A stretch of 64,000 bases of DNA from Antedon mediterranea. Taxonomy: Eukaryota > Animalia > Echinodermata. Made by a program: the position numbers and the translations under genes. Below are positions 14,001 through 27,300 of this stretch, one piece after another (position 1 is the first letter of the stretch; every line of letters begins with the position of its first letter). The DNA lies in contig NC_092670.1 of the NCBI RefSeq assembly GCF_964355755.1, forward strand, positions 13,254,795-13,318,794. The letters run 5' to 3'. The notes below the pieces were generated by a model that saw only the letters and a program-made list of their open reading frames with translations, had not been told where the DNA came from and searched no databases.

Positions 14001-17000
14001 TTCTCGTGAAGAGAGATGATGATGTTTAATATTTCCGCCAAAGTTGAAGATACAGATAACTTACTCAAGATTTTATATCAACAATTAATTGATTTTCTTG
14101 AAAACTAATATGCATGCTGTTTTTTTTTTTTTGCAGAACCAAATACAGCTCCATTTTTCCTACCAGGAGGTGACTTCAACAACGTTGTGATTTCTGAGAG
14201 TTCATTAGCTGGTAATATGCATTTTCAAACATTTCGTCAAATGAGAGATGAGATTAAGACAGAAACTTTTTAAACCCAAAATTCTGGAAGTCGTGGGCAT
14301 GACAGCATTTACTTATATTATTGATACATACTGTAACTAGTATTCGAACCCAGGACATTGTATGAAGCATTAGTAAAGGTTAATAGCACATATCATTTAC
14401 TTTTAAAGGTACGGTTGTGTACACAATGCAAGGAAGTGACAATGAGGGTGATGTGCTTACTTACGGTCTGGTCGGTGACCAGGCCAACACCCTCTTTCAA
14501 GTTAACTCGATGTCAGGAGATGTTACACTCAGAACAAACTTAGACGCAGAGGTATTCAGTATTCAGTGATTACTTACTCCACAGTATCAAGTACATGACA
14601 ATAATATGACCCACAGCTAATATCATATCAATTTTACAATATCTGAGTTTTTATACAATATATATTTATAGTATAGTCTTTGGTTTTGTAAGATTTGTCT
14701 TTAATATGATATGAATTGTTAAGTTTGATGGCATGCATTTCTCATATTCAGAATCTCCGATTGTGCAGTTTGAGAATAGATCAGTTAACAAACTTTGGCA
14801 ATCTGCAGAAAACAATTCAAAAGTCGACATTAGCAAACTTTAGTCTTCCAAACTCGAGCTACATTTGAAAACAAAAATTTGCTAGTGTTGACTATGTATA
14901 ACTTATGCTTTATGTAGCACTGAATATTATTTATATTTATTATGTTAAACACCTTATAATATTTACTATATATATATGTTTTGTGTTTTATTTCAGGATG
15001 TAAATATGTATACTATTTTCGTATCCGTCAGCGACGGTCGAGAAACAGTAAGTATTAGAAAATCTCTCTACTTTTATCAAAAACAAAATGTAGATTTATA
15101 TAAACATTATTGAGCTATTTTCCCTCTTTCGACTCAGTTATGTCTTATGTTAATGTGTAGATAGTCTTGTTTTTTTCAAGTACTGTAACGTATTCTTTTT
15201 TTTAAAGTTGCAATTCCCTTTGGAAGAGATATACTGTATGTAATCACACAAATATTGCTCTAATTCTTGTTATACTAGGTAATTTACATATTAATATAGT
15301 AGTATATTTGCATATCAGTTAGTTTCCTTATATAATTTCCTATATTTTATTTATTTTTTGTTACCTAGGTTGTGACAGAATCAACTGTGTTTGTTGGCGA
15401 CATCAATGATAACCCTCCTGTTTTTGTCGGAACCCCATACAGCACTACCGTTCAAGAAAGCCAAACACCTGGTAGTGTTGTCTTCACTGTAGAGGCTACA
15501 GATCGCGATTCTGGTATTAATGCAGCTATCATGTACGAGCTGGTAGAGGTAAATGATATTTCTTATGTTGTCAGGCGTTACTAATGTTTAGAAAAATTAG
15601 TTAAAAAATAATCAAGTCATATTCAGACGACACAGATATTGTTTGGTCCAGAAGGTATTTCCTTAATAGAATTCTACTTTAAAATGTTATGTAACTTAAC
15701 GATGACAATCGTGTAGTTATAATAGTATTAATGCTGTACTACTAACTGTATATCCCCATTTTTCAGGCTTCTGATTTGTTTGAAATAAACCCAACAACTG
15801 GAAACATTACTTTGATTGCAACGTTAAACTTTGAGGAATCAGCCAGCTACCAACTTAGAGTTAAAGCTTCTGTAAGTATAATATAAGACCTTGTTATAAA
15901 TATTATTTGGTGTATTTGCTAATATAGCGAGATTACATTTGTTAGCTGTTAAGATAATTTAACAAAAGTGAATTAGTCTTTTTATGAGGCTTTGGTAATG
16001 GCACTGTTTTATGTCAGAATTAGAAGTGGCACTCAGTTTCTGGTTGTAGGTTCAGATATTAAACATTTTACCATGTACCTTGAGATTAGACAGGAAACAC
16101 ATTAACCACCAATCTACAGCTTATTTTTAACCAACAAGCTAAAGTACCAGAACCAATACTTCATGTTATTGATGCATTCTTTTTAGGATGGTGGTATTCC
16201 TAGTATGGAAAGTGAGGAAGAAGTTGTTATTCGTGTAGGAGACGTACAAGATTCGGACCCAGTGTTTGTCAACCTACCATATTCACCAACAGTTACAGAG
16301 GAAACACGAGTTGTAAGAGTTTTTCTTTTAAATATCAAAACACATCCAGTGGCATGTTAATTGTAAATTTTAAAATACGACAATTTCAAAACTCACATGA
16401 GTTCGTTTGGGTAATGGAAATATTAGCATTCAGAAGGAATCTTGGAATTGGTAAACAAGATAATTATACAGTGTCATATTAATTTTACCAGTTCCATTTA
16501 AACAGGCTCCTTCTGAATATTACGTACTACCTAAGAAGCCTACCTGAGACTTAATCATTCTTTTCAGATTAAAGACAATAATTTATACACAATTGCAAAG
16601 AAAAGAACTTTCATCCTGCAGTTTGTTTGTTTGTCTAGCATGAATGTTGTACAGTAACTGTCTTCTAAGTACATGCACTTCTTTCAACTCTCCACATATT
16701 CTATTACTCTCTGTATTGATAAACATGACTTTTCACGAGAATTCCTGTAATTATACTGTTCTTAATCTTAATTCGTTTTAAAGAATTCAGTTGTTCAGGT
16801 CGTCAGTGCTAGAGATCCTGATGTTGACAACCCAAATGTTATTGAGTACACCATTGCAGCAGGTAAATATCCCATCTATTAGCAATGAATAAAGTAATTC
16901 TTCTTTGCTTTTCTAAAAGCAGCTAAACAGAAATAAGTAATGATACCACAGTAAAGTTGTATTGTTATAGTGCTAACTACTATATTGTCCAACACAAAAT

Positions 17001-18343
17001 CAGAAAGATGAGAGAAAAAATAGTCAAATATTTAGTGAAAGAATTTAGTCAGATATTTTAAACTAAAATTATTTATTTTTTTCATCATTCCATTATACTG
17101 CTACTATTATTATTACTTTTACCATATAGCCTTTGCATTAACAATTTTCCTTTTTTATTTAGGTAACGATGATGAGTTTTTCACTGTAAACACAACGACT
17201 GGAGAAATCTCATTGTCCAAGATGATTGACCTGGAGGCAGGAGACCCTTCAGTTTTCTCAATTACTGTCAGGGTAAGACTGCTTAACATTACCAGTGTTC
17301 AGCCAATCAAAGAATACTTTACTTCTAGCCAATCAATATTAAGCAATACATTTTATTTAAATTAATGCTATTTGTTAGCAAATATAAGCCAATCAGCATC
17401 AAACTATCTAGTTGTGACTAGCATGCAATATTTGGTTATTATTTTCAAAAACGTTTCGTCTTGTTTTTAATTCCTCAGGCAACAGAAGTAGGACCAACAG
17501 GCGGTGCCAGCGCCATCACAGAATTTACAATTCGTGTAGATGATGTTAATGATAACGACCCTGTTTTTAACGCACCAACATACACTACAACCATCTCTGA
17601 ACTGTCACCTAGCAACACACCTCTTGTTCTTAGTATAACAGTAAATGATCCCGATATGGTAAGGTTGATTTTTTTGGAAAAGTTGGCTATATATTTTCCT
17701 AGCTCTCATGCCAATATTCTAAAAAAATACGAATGTCTATTTCTTGATTAAAAAAATATTGCGTTGTTAAATAAGTCCACATACGCAGATACTGTTATCC
17801 AAATCCCTTAATTTAGTGTGTTGTAACTTCTTAACTAAACAAACAGGGGACTAAATGAACAACAACAGGAAGACCAACAAATAACAGGATGAATCAAATA
17901 AAGAAAAAGATTGACAGAGAAAATTGAATACAAAAACACAATGGCACATCATCCCTAAACAGACAAAAATGGCAACGAAAGAAGTAACTTATCAATTTAT
18001 TTCTTGTGTATAACTAATAATATACCATATTATTCTATTTCAGAGTGTAAATTCAGAGTATTTAATTAGTCTTAGAGGACCCAACAGAAACTTGTTTAGT
18101 GTCACCCCTAGCAATGGAATGGGTGAGACTACACCGATTGTAAGCTTAGAAAGTACTTTGGATTACGAAACTAGTACAGTTTACACAGTTGAGGTAAGTA
18201 AAAACACCATTCTTGTGTAATACCTCCAAATAAAGACCACACACAATATGTCAGGCCTCCATTGATTATCCTCTCATTAGAGACCAACGAGCTTAATATA
18301 TGCGCCTTGAGCACTCTAGAGTGGTATGTGCACTATAAAAATC

Positions 18344-18375
<32 letters not shown>

Positions 18376-21300
18376 GTTATTATGCTATTAAACCAAACTA
18401 TATCGACTTCGCCGCAAACCAAGGACCTCCTCGACCATAGTTCTGGTGTTAGAATAAAGTCTTCTCGGGTAAGGATTTTCAACTGGAGATCCTGTGACCA
18501 CCCCTAGTTTCTGAAACCAGTGCATAGGGAGCTACCCAGGTGAACTTGTACATCCCTGACGAATGGCTGTGGGCAGAGTGAACCTCAGATCCAACGAAAT
18601 ATCTCGGTATATACATCTCAGGTTGATATGATATATAATTTTTTTTTTTAAATTTTCTTTCTAAAGATCTATGCAACGGATGCCAGAGATCCAACAAGAG
18701 AAACCTCATCTACAATATTTGTAAACTTAATCAACGAGAACGATAACTCTCCATTCTTTTCGCCTCAATCGTATCTTATCAATGTGCTGGAGAATGTGAC
18801 AATCGGTGAGAACGTTCTACGTGTCACAGCAACGGACAATGACGGTGACCTAATCACTTACGGAATATCATCCAATCCCAGGTTTGCTTATCTATCTGTT
18901 TTTAGGTCTACTAATGTTGATGCTTTCGTAAAACACAAATACAATAAATTAAATACAGCTAACTCTTCCGATACCGTTTGGTTTGCGCAAATAATGTCTA
19001 GATTCCAAGAAATCTTGGTAATCCGACTTTTTTATGTAAACAAAAATTAATTTAGGACTCCTTGCTTACATCAACTTAAGTCTGGTATTGGGAGAGGTAA
19101 CTGTGAAACTATACCAACCTCAGATCACACAAAATAAAATCATGTTTAGAATAATCAATACATTTATGAAATACGTAAAACATAATTAAAAATATTATTC
19201 TAAACAAATTTAATTTTTAAAAGTGTATTTTCGTTAATTCGCCCATCAAACATCATTATTTTGTTTTTACTTTATTCTAGTTTCACAATCGATCCTAACA
19301 CTGGTAACATAACAACGACAAACAACCTAGACTATGAAGAAATGACGCAATATATCTTCACTGTTGTTGCTTCCGATAATAAGAATCCAGCAAGAACAGC
19401 AACTGCACAAGTTACAGTCAATGTGGAAAACGTCAACGATAACAGTCCGCAATTCCCACGTTTACGTTATGATGTAAACACTTTTGAAAATGCAAATTAT
19501 GACTTGACGAACCCACTACACACACTTCAGGTAGGATAATATATAACTATTTAACATTGACAAAAATAACCAGATCCTAACTAAACTAATCAACGTATAG
19601 CTCACTGATAACAGTACTTTGTTGATATATCTTGTGCAATTTTAATTTTAATTTTAATTCCTAGAGGGTAAGTGATTTGAAGAATTCCCTTTTTTGCTGT
19701 ATAACCTAGGTATTGAATATTGAAAATGGTTCCTAGTTGTCTTGAATTAACATTTGTAATAGTGCTATTCTAGCAAATCTAAATTAATTATCATTTTTAT
19801 TTATTGAAATGTTGAATCTAGGCTACAGATGCTGATATGGACCCAAACAACCCACCAGTGTACAGCTTTGTAGTGAACGACCCAGATGGCAACCCTATCA
19901 ATGTACAGGAGTACATGGGCCTACGTATTGACTCGATATCAGGTGTTGGCTACATCTATACGACATCGCCCATTGATTACGATGTTTTAGATGGACCAAT
20001 TATTGCCACCATAATTGCTGAAGATTCTGATGGCCTATCGGATATAACTAATGTTTACATTACTGTTTTGGTAATATATGATTTTACAAAAACACAATTA
20101 CTCAAAATAAAGTTTAAATGTAATAAAATACATAAAACGAAAGAATTACAAATTCTATTTATAGCCTCATTTAACATAATAGCCTACAGTAGAACCATTC
20201 TTAAAAAGACATCCCTATATTTCCAGAAATATAATATATAACACAACAAATAATAATAACTTCTCTACAACAGAACCATACACATGAAACCAAATATTGT
20301 CGAAACTACAAAACATAAAGAAATAGCTACAACCAGTGTATTGGTTGTATTTTTTGTTCATACTTGTTGTAAATAAAAATACATAAAGTCATTTTATATG
20401 TTATTATTTTTGTTTTATAGGATACGAATGACAACACACCAATGTTCAACCAATCATTATACATGGAAACCGTCTATGAGAATACTCTTCCTGGCCAGGG
20501 TATATTACAAGTTGTGGCAAGTGATGGTGACAGATCTCCACAGTATGGCACGCCATCTCTCAGGTACTACATCGACCCTCCAAGCAACACTTTCTCTATC
20601 TTACAGTCAACTGGTGAAATCTTTGCTGTAAGAAATCTGGATTATGAAACTGGAGATAGAAATTTTGAGTTCCAGGTAAGCCTACAATCAAGATCACTCT
20701 TTAAATAAATCGTAAACATATAAATGTTGAATTTTGTTATTGTTTCTTTTGACTATCTAGATGTTGAAGTGTTCCTTCAAATTACCAGACTAAACATTTT
20801 AGTAAATTTAAGCCTAATACAGGTTAAAATAGCAATTGAAATGACGGTACCTATTTTTGTATGTTAACAGTGAAAACTCATGAGGTAGATTTTGCCAAGC
20901 ACTTTGTGACGTCACAGTATTTTACGGCGATGGCTGTATAGTGAGCGCGATTGTTCTGAAATCATATGTACATCCCTACTAATACGTTGTTAAAATATGG
21001 TTCTTTGAAAAGTTGTCCTTTAAGTCATCCGAAACAATGAATGTATTAAACTGAACGAAGGTCTTCGTTCTTGACATCGCATCGCATTATATTGCTAATA
21101 CTTATAATGACATTTAAGTGTTCACCGATAGAAATGTTGTTTTATTTTAAAAGGTATTAGCAATCGATAGCTCCCAGCCAGATGAAATGACTGGAACTGC
21201 TATGGTTAGCATCACTATAGCTGACATCAACGATAATAACCCACAGTTTATGCGGAGTAAGTCATATTTACAAATCAGTCAACATACAACAATACATTAA

Positions 21301-24300
21301 AGCTGAGCATGCCAGCACTTTAACTCTTTTAGCACCAACAGTTTTAGATAAGTACTATAATATAAAACCACAAATACTGAAGAAAATTAACATTGCTGGC
21401 TTTCAAATACGAATAAAAAATGTATGATTTTCATACCTGCATTATTTATGTTTTTATCATTAGTATTTCAGTCAGTGACTGCAGAAGAACAGCAATCTGC
21501 AGGTGTCCTTGTAGCTGAGGTCGACGCCTCTGACATCGATAGTCCTGGACAAAATTCTGATATTACATATTCTTTCATTGACGGAAATAATCCGGTAAGT
21601 CATTAACAGCTCTTGTATTAACGCTGTCTCCAGAAATTAGTTTTTAGCACCTTGGTAAGGTCATCCCTGTTCACATGACTCAGAAGTGAATGCTCTGATA
21701 ACGTTCTTTTGCACAAATACTTGTTGTACAAGGTGAGCATCCTTTAACCTGTGCGGATTGTGTGGCTATATGTTGCCGTGCCACTGCTTTAACCACTCGG
21801 ACATTCAGTATCCAATAATGCATCTGGTTAAAGAAAGACAACGTATATTCTTAATAGATATTTTTATATTTACCATGTTTCATTTTTCTTGCAGGAAGCA
21901 TTTACAATTAATGAAACTACTGGAGCAATAACGACATCTGTTGTGCTAGACTATGAAAACACTCCATCTTACACACTCCGTATTTTAGCTGAAAACAGCG
22001 CCCCTGCAGTTTCGCCTGCGTGAGTAATTGTGTATGACCAAAGATGTATGACCATAAATTTGTTGTCATAATAAAAATTTAATAATCATAGAATTTTAAG
22101 TTGGAAACTATATTATTAATTTGTTAATCTTTTCCAGATTGAATACAATGCTTCAAAACCTCCTGATACTTATTTGAATAAAGGCAAAAATTATTTTTAT
22201 TAATGATTACTTTTTGTTGTTGTGTATGCAGGACTGGTTCTGCTACTGCAACAGTGGTTGTATCAGTTGGTGATATTAATGACAACAGTCCTCAGTTCAC
22301 TGATGCACCGTATAGTTTTGAGGTGTCTGAAGTAAGAAAGTCAACTTGCCAATATGTTTCACTCATAATTTACCAACACCACTGTTTGTTTATGTAATCT
22401 AATCTTGAAATGTTAATGCTGCAGTGAGTCTGTTGAATTTCCAACATAGAATGAATAGGAACTTTCTCATTTTTGGTTCAATTTTTCTATAGGATCGAAT
22501 GCCAGTAAGTACAATAGGTGTTGTGTCAGCAATGGACATGGACTCGGGTGTTAATGGAGAACTTACATACAGCATCATTGCTGGAAACATAGGTAAAAAT
22601 ACTAGTACTGCATTCAACAATGTATACAATATAATAATGGTTGTCGTCAGCATATTTAAAAATTACGGGACAGAAATTTAGTAAACATTCTTATACTTTA
22701 ATCTCTTGTTGGCATATGCCACACGTATGTTGAAACCTATTTAGTTCTAAACCCAGTTACGTTTACACTTTTAAATTAACATTGCAGAAAGACATGTTTA
22801 TTATTAGGCGTGTAATATTATTTTCCAAATCATTATCTTTCAGAAAATTCTGTTGAGATATTTAGAATTGACCCAATTTCTGGAGAGATTACATTGGTTG
22901 GAAATGTTGACCGAGAGAGAACCCCGTCATATTCTTTAACCGTACAAGTTGTCGATGGTGCTGCATCACCTCGCATTGAATTAGTAAACATTCCAATAAC
23001 AGTGCTTGATGTTAATGACAACAATCCTATATGGATTCAACAAACATATGATGTTAGCATTACAGAAAATTCAATGGCGGAAGTTGTAGCTCAGGTATTT
23101 CAACTGTTTCACCTTCAATATCTTACGCACGCCTCCTGAGATTTAACATGGAGCGTGGCTTAGCTACAGAACTAGACCTAGTATACTAATTATTTACATT
23201 TTTTAATTCAAATATAAATTTAATCAATAATACATACACAACGGCTTGTATGCCATATCTTGATCCAAATAAGATACATGTACGTCACAGAGGAAACCGT
23301 TAGGCCTAACTGTGCAGGAAGCTCTGCAATTGTATTAAATCAATTATAAATGTTATTGAAACAAATCTTGTTTTAACCAGGTTATAGCGACGGATGCAGA
23401 CACTGGTCCTAATTCTGACTTAGTATATGAGATATTGTCGCCGAGTCCTTATTTTACCATCAATAACATGACAGGACAGATTTCTACTACTGGACCAATT
23501 GATGCCGAGTCAGAGAGTTCCATCACTCTCCTTGTTAGTGTTAGAGACAGTATGTAACCATATCAGTTTTAGCATAGAAATAGTATATCTATGGTGTTGA
23601 AGAAATGACTTATGATGTGCTATGAAATCAATAGAGCATAGGAAATTCAAAATCGAATTCAAAATCTCATGAATATTATACATAATAGAGTCTAATGCTA
23701 TTTTTTTAAATTTCAGATGGTTTTCCATCGCGTCAGGCTTCACCTTTTGCTCAGGTGAACTTTGAAATTGTTGACATCAATGACAATTCTCCAATGTTTG
23801 ATGAATCAGACTACGTTTTCACAGTTGAAGAAAATTTACCAAGCGGAACCACAGTTGGTCAGGTAAAATTGTTTTTAAATAAGAAAGTGTTAGTATAATG
23901 TAGTAAAGCATTTATGTTGTTCCCAGAGTTCCATTCATTTTTACATTTCTTCCAATGTAATTTTCCTTCAGATTTCAGCAATGGACTTAGATGAAAGTGA
24001 CGATTTAACCTATTCATTGCAAGGTTTTGATAGCATCTTCGCAATATCTTCCAACAATGGAACCATCACAACCCTTCGACTACTTGATAGAGAAGATGTT
24101 GCATCCTATGACCTGACTGCACGTGTGTCAGATGGACTAAACATCGGTCAAGTGAATGTAAGGATCATAGTTCAAGATGTCAATGATAATATTCCGATTT
24201 TGGTTGTTCAAATACAGAATGTAACAGTGTCAGAGAGCGAGGCTCCAGGCACATTTGTAACAGAAGTTATTGCAAGTGATTCAGATTCAGGTAAGAATGG

Positions 24301-27300
24301 CTTAATGGAGTCACAGTATTCGTTCAATTGTAATGTGTTTTGGATCATATCAAAGTGTCTTTCTAGTTTTGTGCTTGAAGGTATAGTCTCTCAAATTCTG
24401 TATACAGCAACTGTTGGAAGAGAATGCCAAATTAATAACCTGCAGCCTAGAATGGAACACAGATAACTTCTTTCACCTCTCTCTTAAGATTCTTTTTCTT
24501 TCAACAAACCTTCCCTCATTCATTTGGCCACAACGACTTATTCTGTCTCTCTATTTTACTTAGATTTACCAATCACTTAATTCTATTTCTCTTAGATTCA
24601 CCAATAACTTCATTTACGATCACGGACGGCAACATCAACAATGCATTCATTATAACATCTTCTGGCAATATCGAAACATCACAGTCACTGGATCGCGAGT
24701 CAATCCCATACTACTCTCTAACAATCGAAGCTACTGATAGCGTACTTGATGGCATCCAACAAACAGGAACAACAACTGTTGGAATCATCATAACGGATGT
24801 GAATGATAATGGACCACTGTTTGTCAATGACTCTTACTCAATTACTGTACCAGAAGATGTCAGCCAGAGGACTCTTGTTACGGTTTGTATATTTGCTCTT
24901 TTTTATTCTATAGTATATGTATGTATTTTTATCTATGTAAAATATATACTAGTTTTAACTCACACATTAAGTTCCCAATGTTACATCTTGTCTTAAGACA
25001 AGATTTCAACATTACTGAATATTTCTTACAGTGTATCTTTCGACTATTAGGATTACCATTACTGCACTGTAACTAGTTGAATTGTGATAGAAATGCTGGA
25101 TCCGAATATTACTCTACTAGAAAGGATACCCACCATCCCACCGAACCTGAAAATGTAGTTAAACGACTTTAAAGTCAGATCGTTTTATTTTGTATAAATA
25201 TATAAAAACAACCAAACAATCTGTATATCGTATAGTATGATAATATCCCTGGACTTTCATATCTCATGTCTTTTTAGGTTCAAGCAACTGACGCTGATGA
25301 AACTGTGAATGCTCAAATCAACTATCGTATAATCTTTGGCAATATCAACAATGCCTTTGAAATCGATTCGATTACTGGAGAAATCCGTAGAGGACGTGCT
25401 CCTTTGGATCGTGAGTTTATTGATGCATACTCCCTTGATGTTGAGGCATCAAATCCTGGAAGCAATCTGGCGAATGATTACGGTAAGACGAAAGAATTCT
25501 AGGCATTCATAGATTTTTTTACCTAATGCACAAATAATTGTTTGGTGTTTATGAGTGATGGCTTATTGTGGGTGTATCTATATGAAAACTTTATCTTCTT
25601 TCACAGTGCGAGTGAATATAATTGTTGAAGACGTCAACGATGAGGTTCCAGAATTTAGTCAGTTGGTTTACCAACGATTGAACCTTGACGAGAATTCTGT
25701 ACCTGGGACATTTGTTATCACCGTCTTGGCAACGGATAATGATTTAGGAGCGGGAGGAGATATTAAATATTACATAGAACAAGGTGAGTAGGCCTACTAC
25801 TTTCATTCAGCCGACGTACATTTTACCAATTAGACATCTTTCAAAAGATGGTGAATAGCACCTGAATGTCTTTCTAGTCGACTCTTGATGCTACATGTTT
25901 ATATACATTTATAACATGTTTTATTTTTCAATTTTTATTGAACTTATGTCACTATTGAGAGGTGACAGCGTTGAAAATCCAAACGTATTAATTCCTCTTT
26001 CTTTCTTCTAATTTAGCTATGAATGTTACAGGAATCGATTCAGTTTGTGTCTTATCAACTTTTTTTTTTAAAACAATTTTTTATCCCGAATTTCAAAAAC
26101 GTTCTTTCTTCAGGAAACGATGAGGGTAAATTTATGATTAATGAAGATGATGGAGAGATAACTGTAGCTGATACTTTGAACTTTGAACTTGTAAGAAACT
26201 ACACTCTACAAATCAGTGCAAGAGACCAAGCTTCACCGTTCAACACAGGTATAGCTACGGTCACTATTGAGCTAAGCAACGTTGATGAGCAGACACAGTT
26301 CATGCAAGACCAATATCGCGAATCGGTACCAGAAGATATTCCTATTAACTCAACTGTCTTACAGGTAAGTTAGTATATTTTGGTTTCTAGACAGCAATAT
26401 TATTAAAGTGATTTTCTAAAAAAACCTGCACACTTAGGGTTAAGTTCATCTAAAGATAAGAAAACCCAAAAGAGGAAAGATGCACAGGTATGATGACTTT
26501 AGATTGGCCTTACAAAGTAATTTAATTAATGTAAACGAATGATGTATATCATTATTTTCATTTAAAATTTGTTTTTACAGGTGCTTGCAACTGACCCTGA
26601 TCAGAACACCCTCATCTACAGTCTTAGTCCTAACACTCCTTCCTCCATTCTCAGGCTCTTTACAATTGACCCAATGTCAGTAAGTATAAGATGGTTTACT
26701 TCTCATAATACAAGTCCTTTTCAACCTATTGGGACACAGATACACCCTTCTCTTTCTGAAAACTACACATGAGCCAGATATGTACATGTATCTTTCATTT
26801 TAAATTCTTATAAGAATTGTTCTAGCACCAGAATCCTTTGTGCCTGACGCTATACTTTGTTTGTATTTAAGTGCCTTTAACCTATTCTAATAGGTTCATG
26901 CCGAAGAATGAAGAATGTAAGAAATTAATCACCCTCAGCTGGATACATAGAGTAGACAGAAGTACACATAGATATTTAAATCAATGACAATGATACTATA
27001 CTTTTTTAGGGTGAGATTAGGACAATTGGACTTCTAGACAGAGAAGTAACTGATCTGTATACTTTCAATGTTTTGGCTTCTGATGGAGGTGCTCAAGAAG
27101 GGTCAACAGAAGTAAGTACATTCATACAATTATTGAAAGAGGATATATGTTCCTCTAACAATACTGTACATCAATGCAGTTTGTTGACAATCATGTTTAT
27201 ATCTTACTAGGTACGGATCGACGTTGAAGATGTTAATGATAACAACCCAACGTTTGATGTAGATCCAGTGGTTCTGGTCACTATCCCTGAGGGCCAGATG

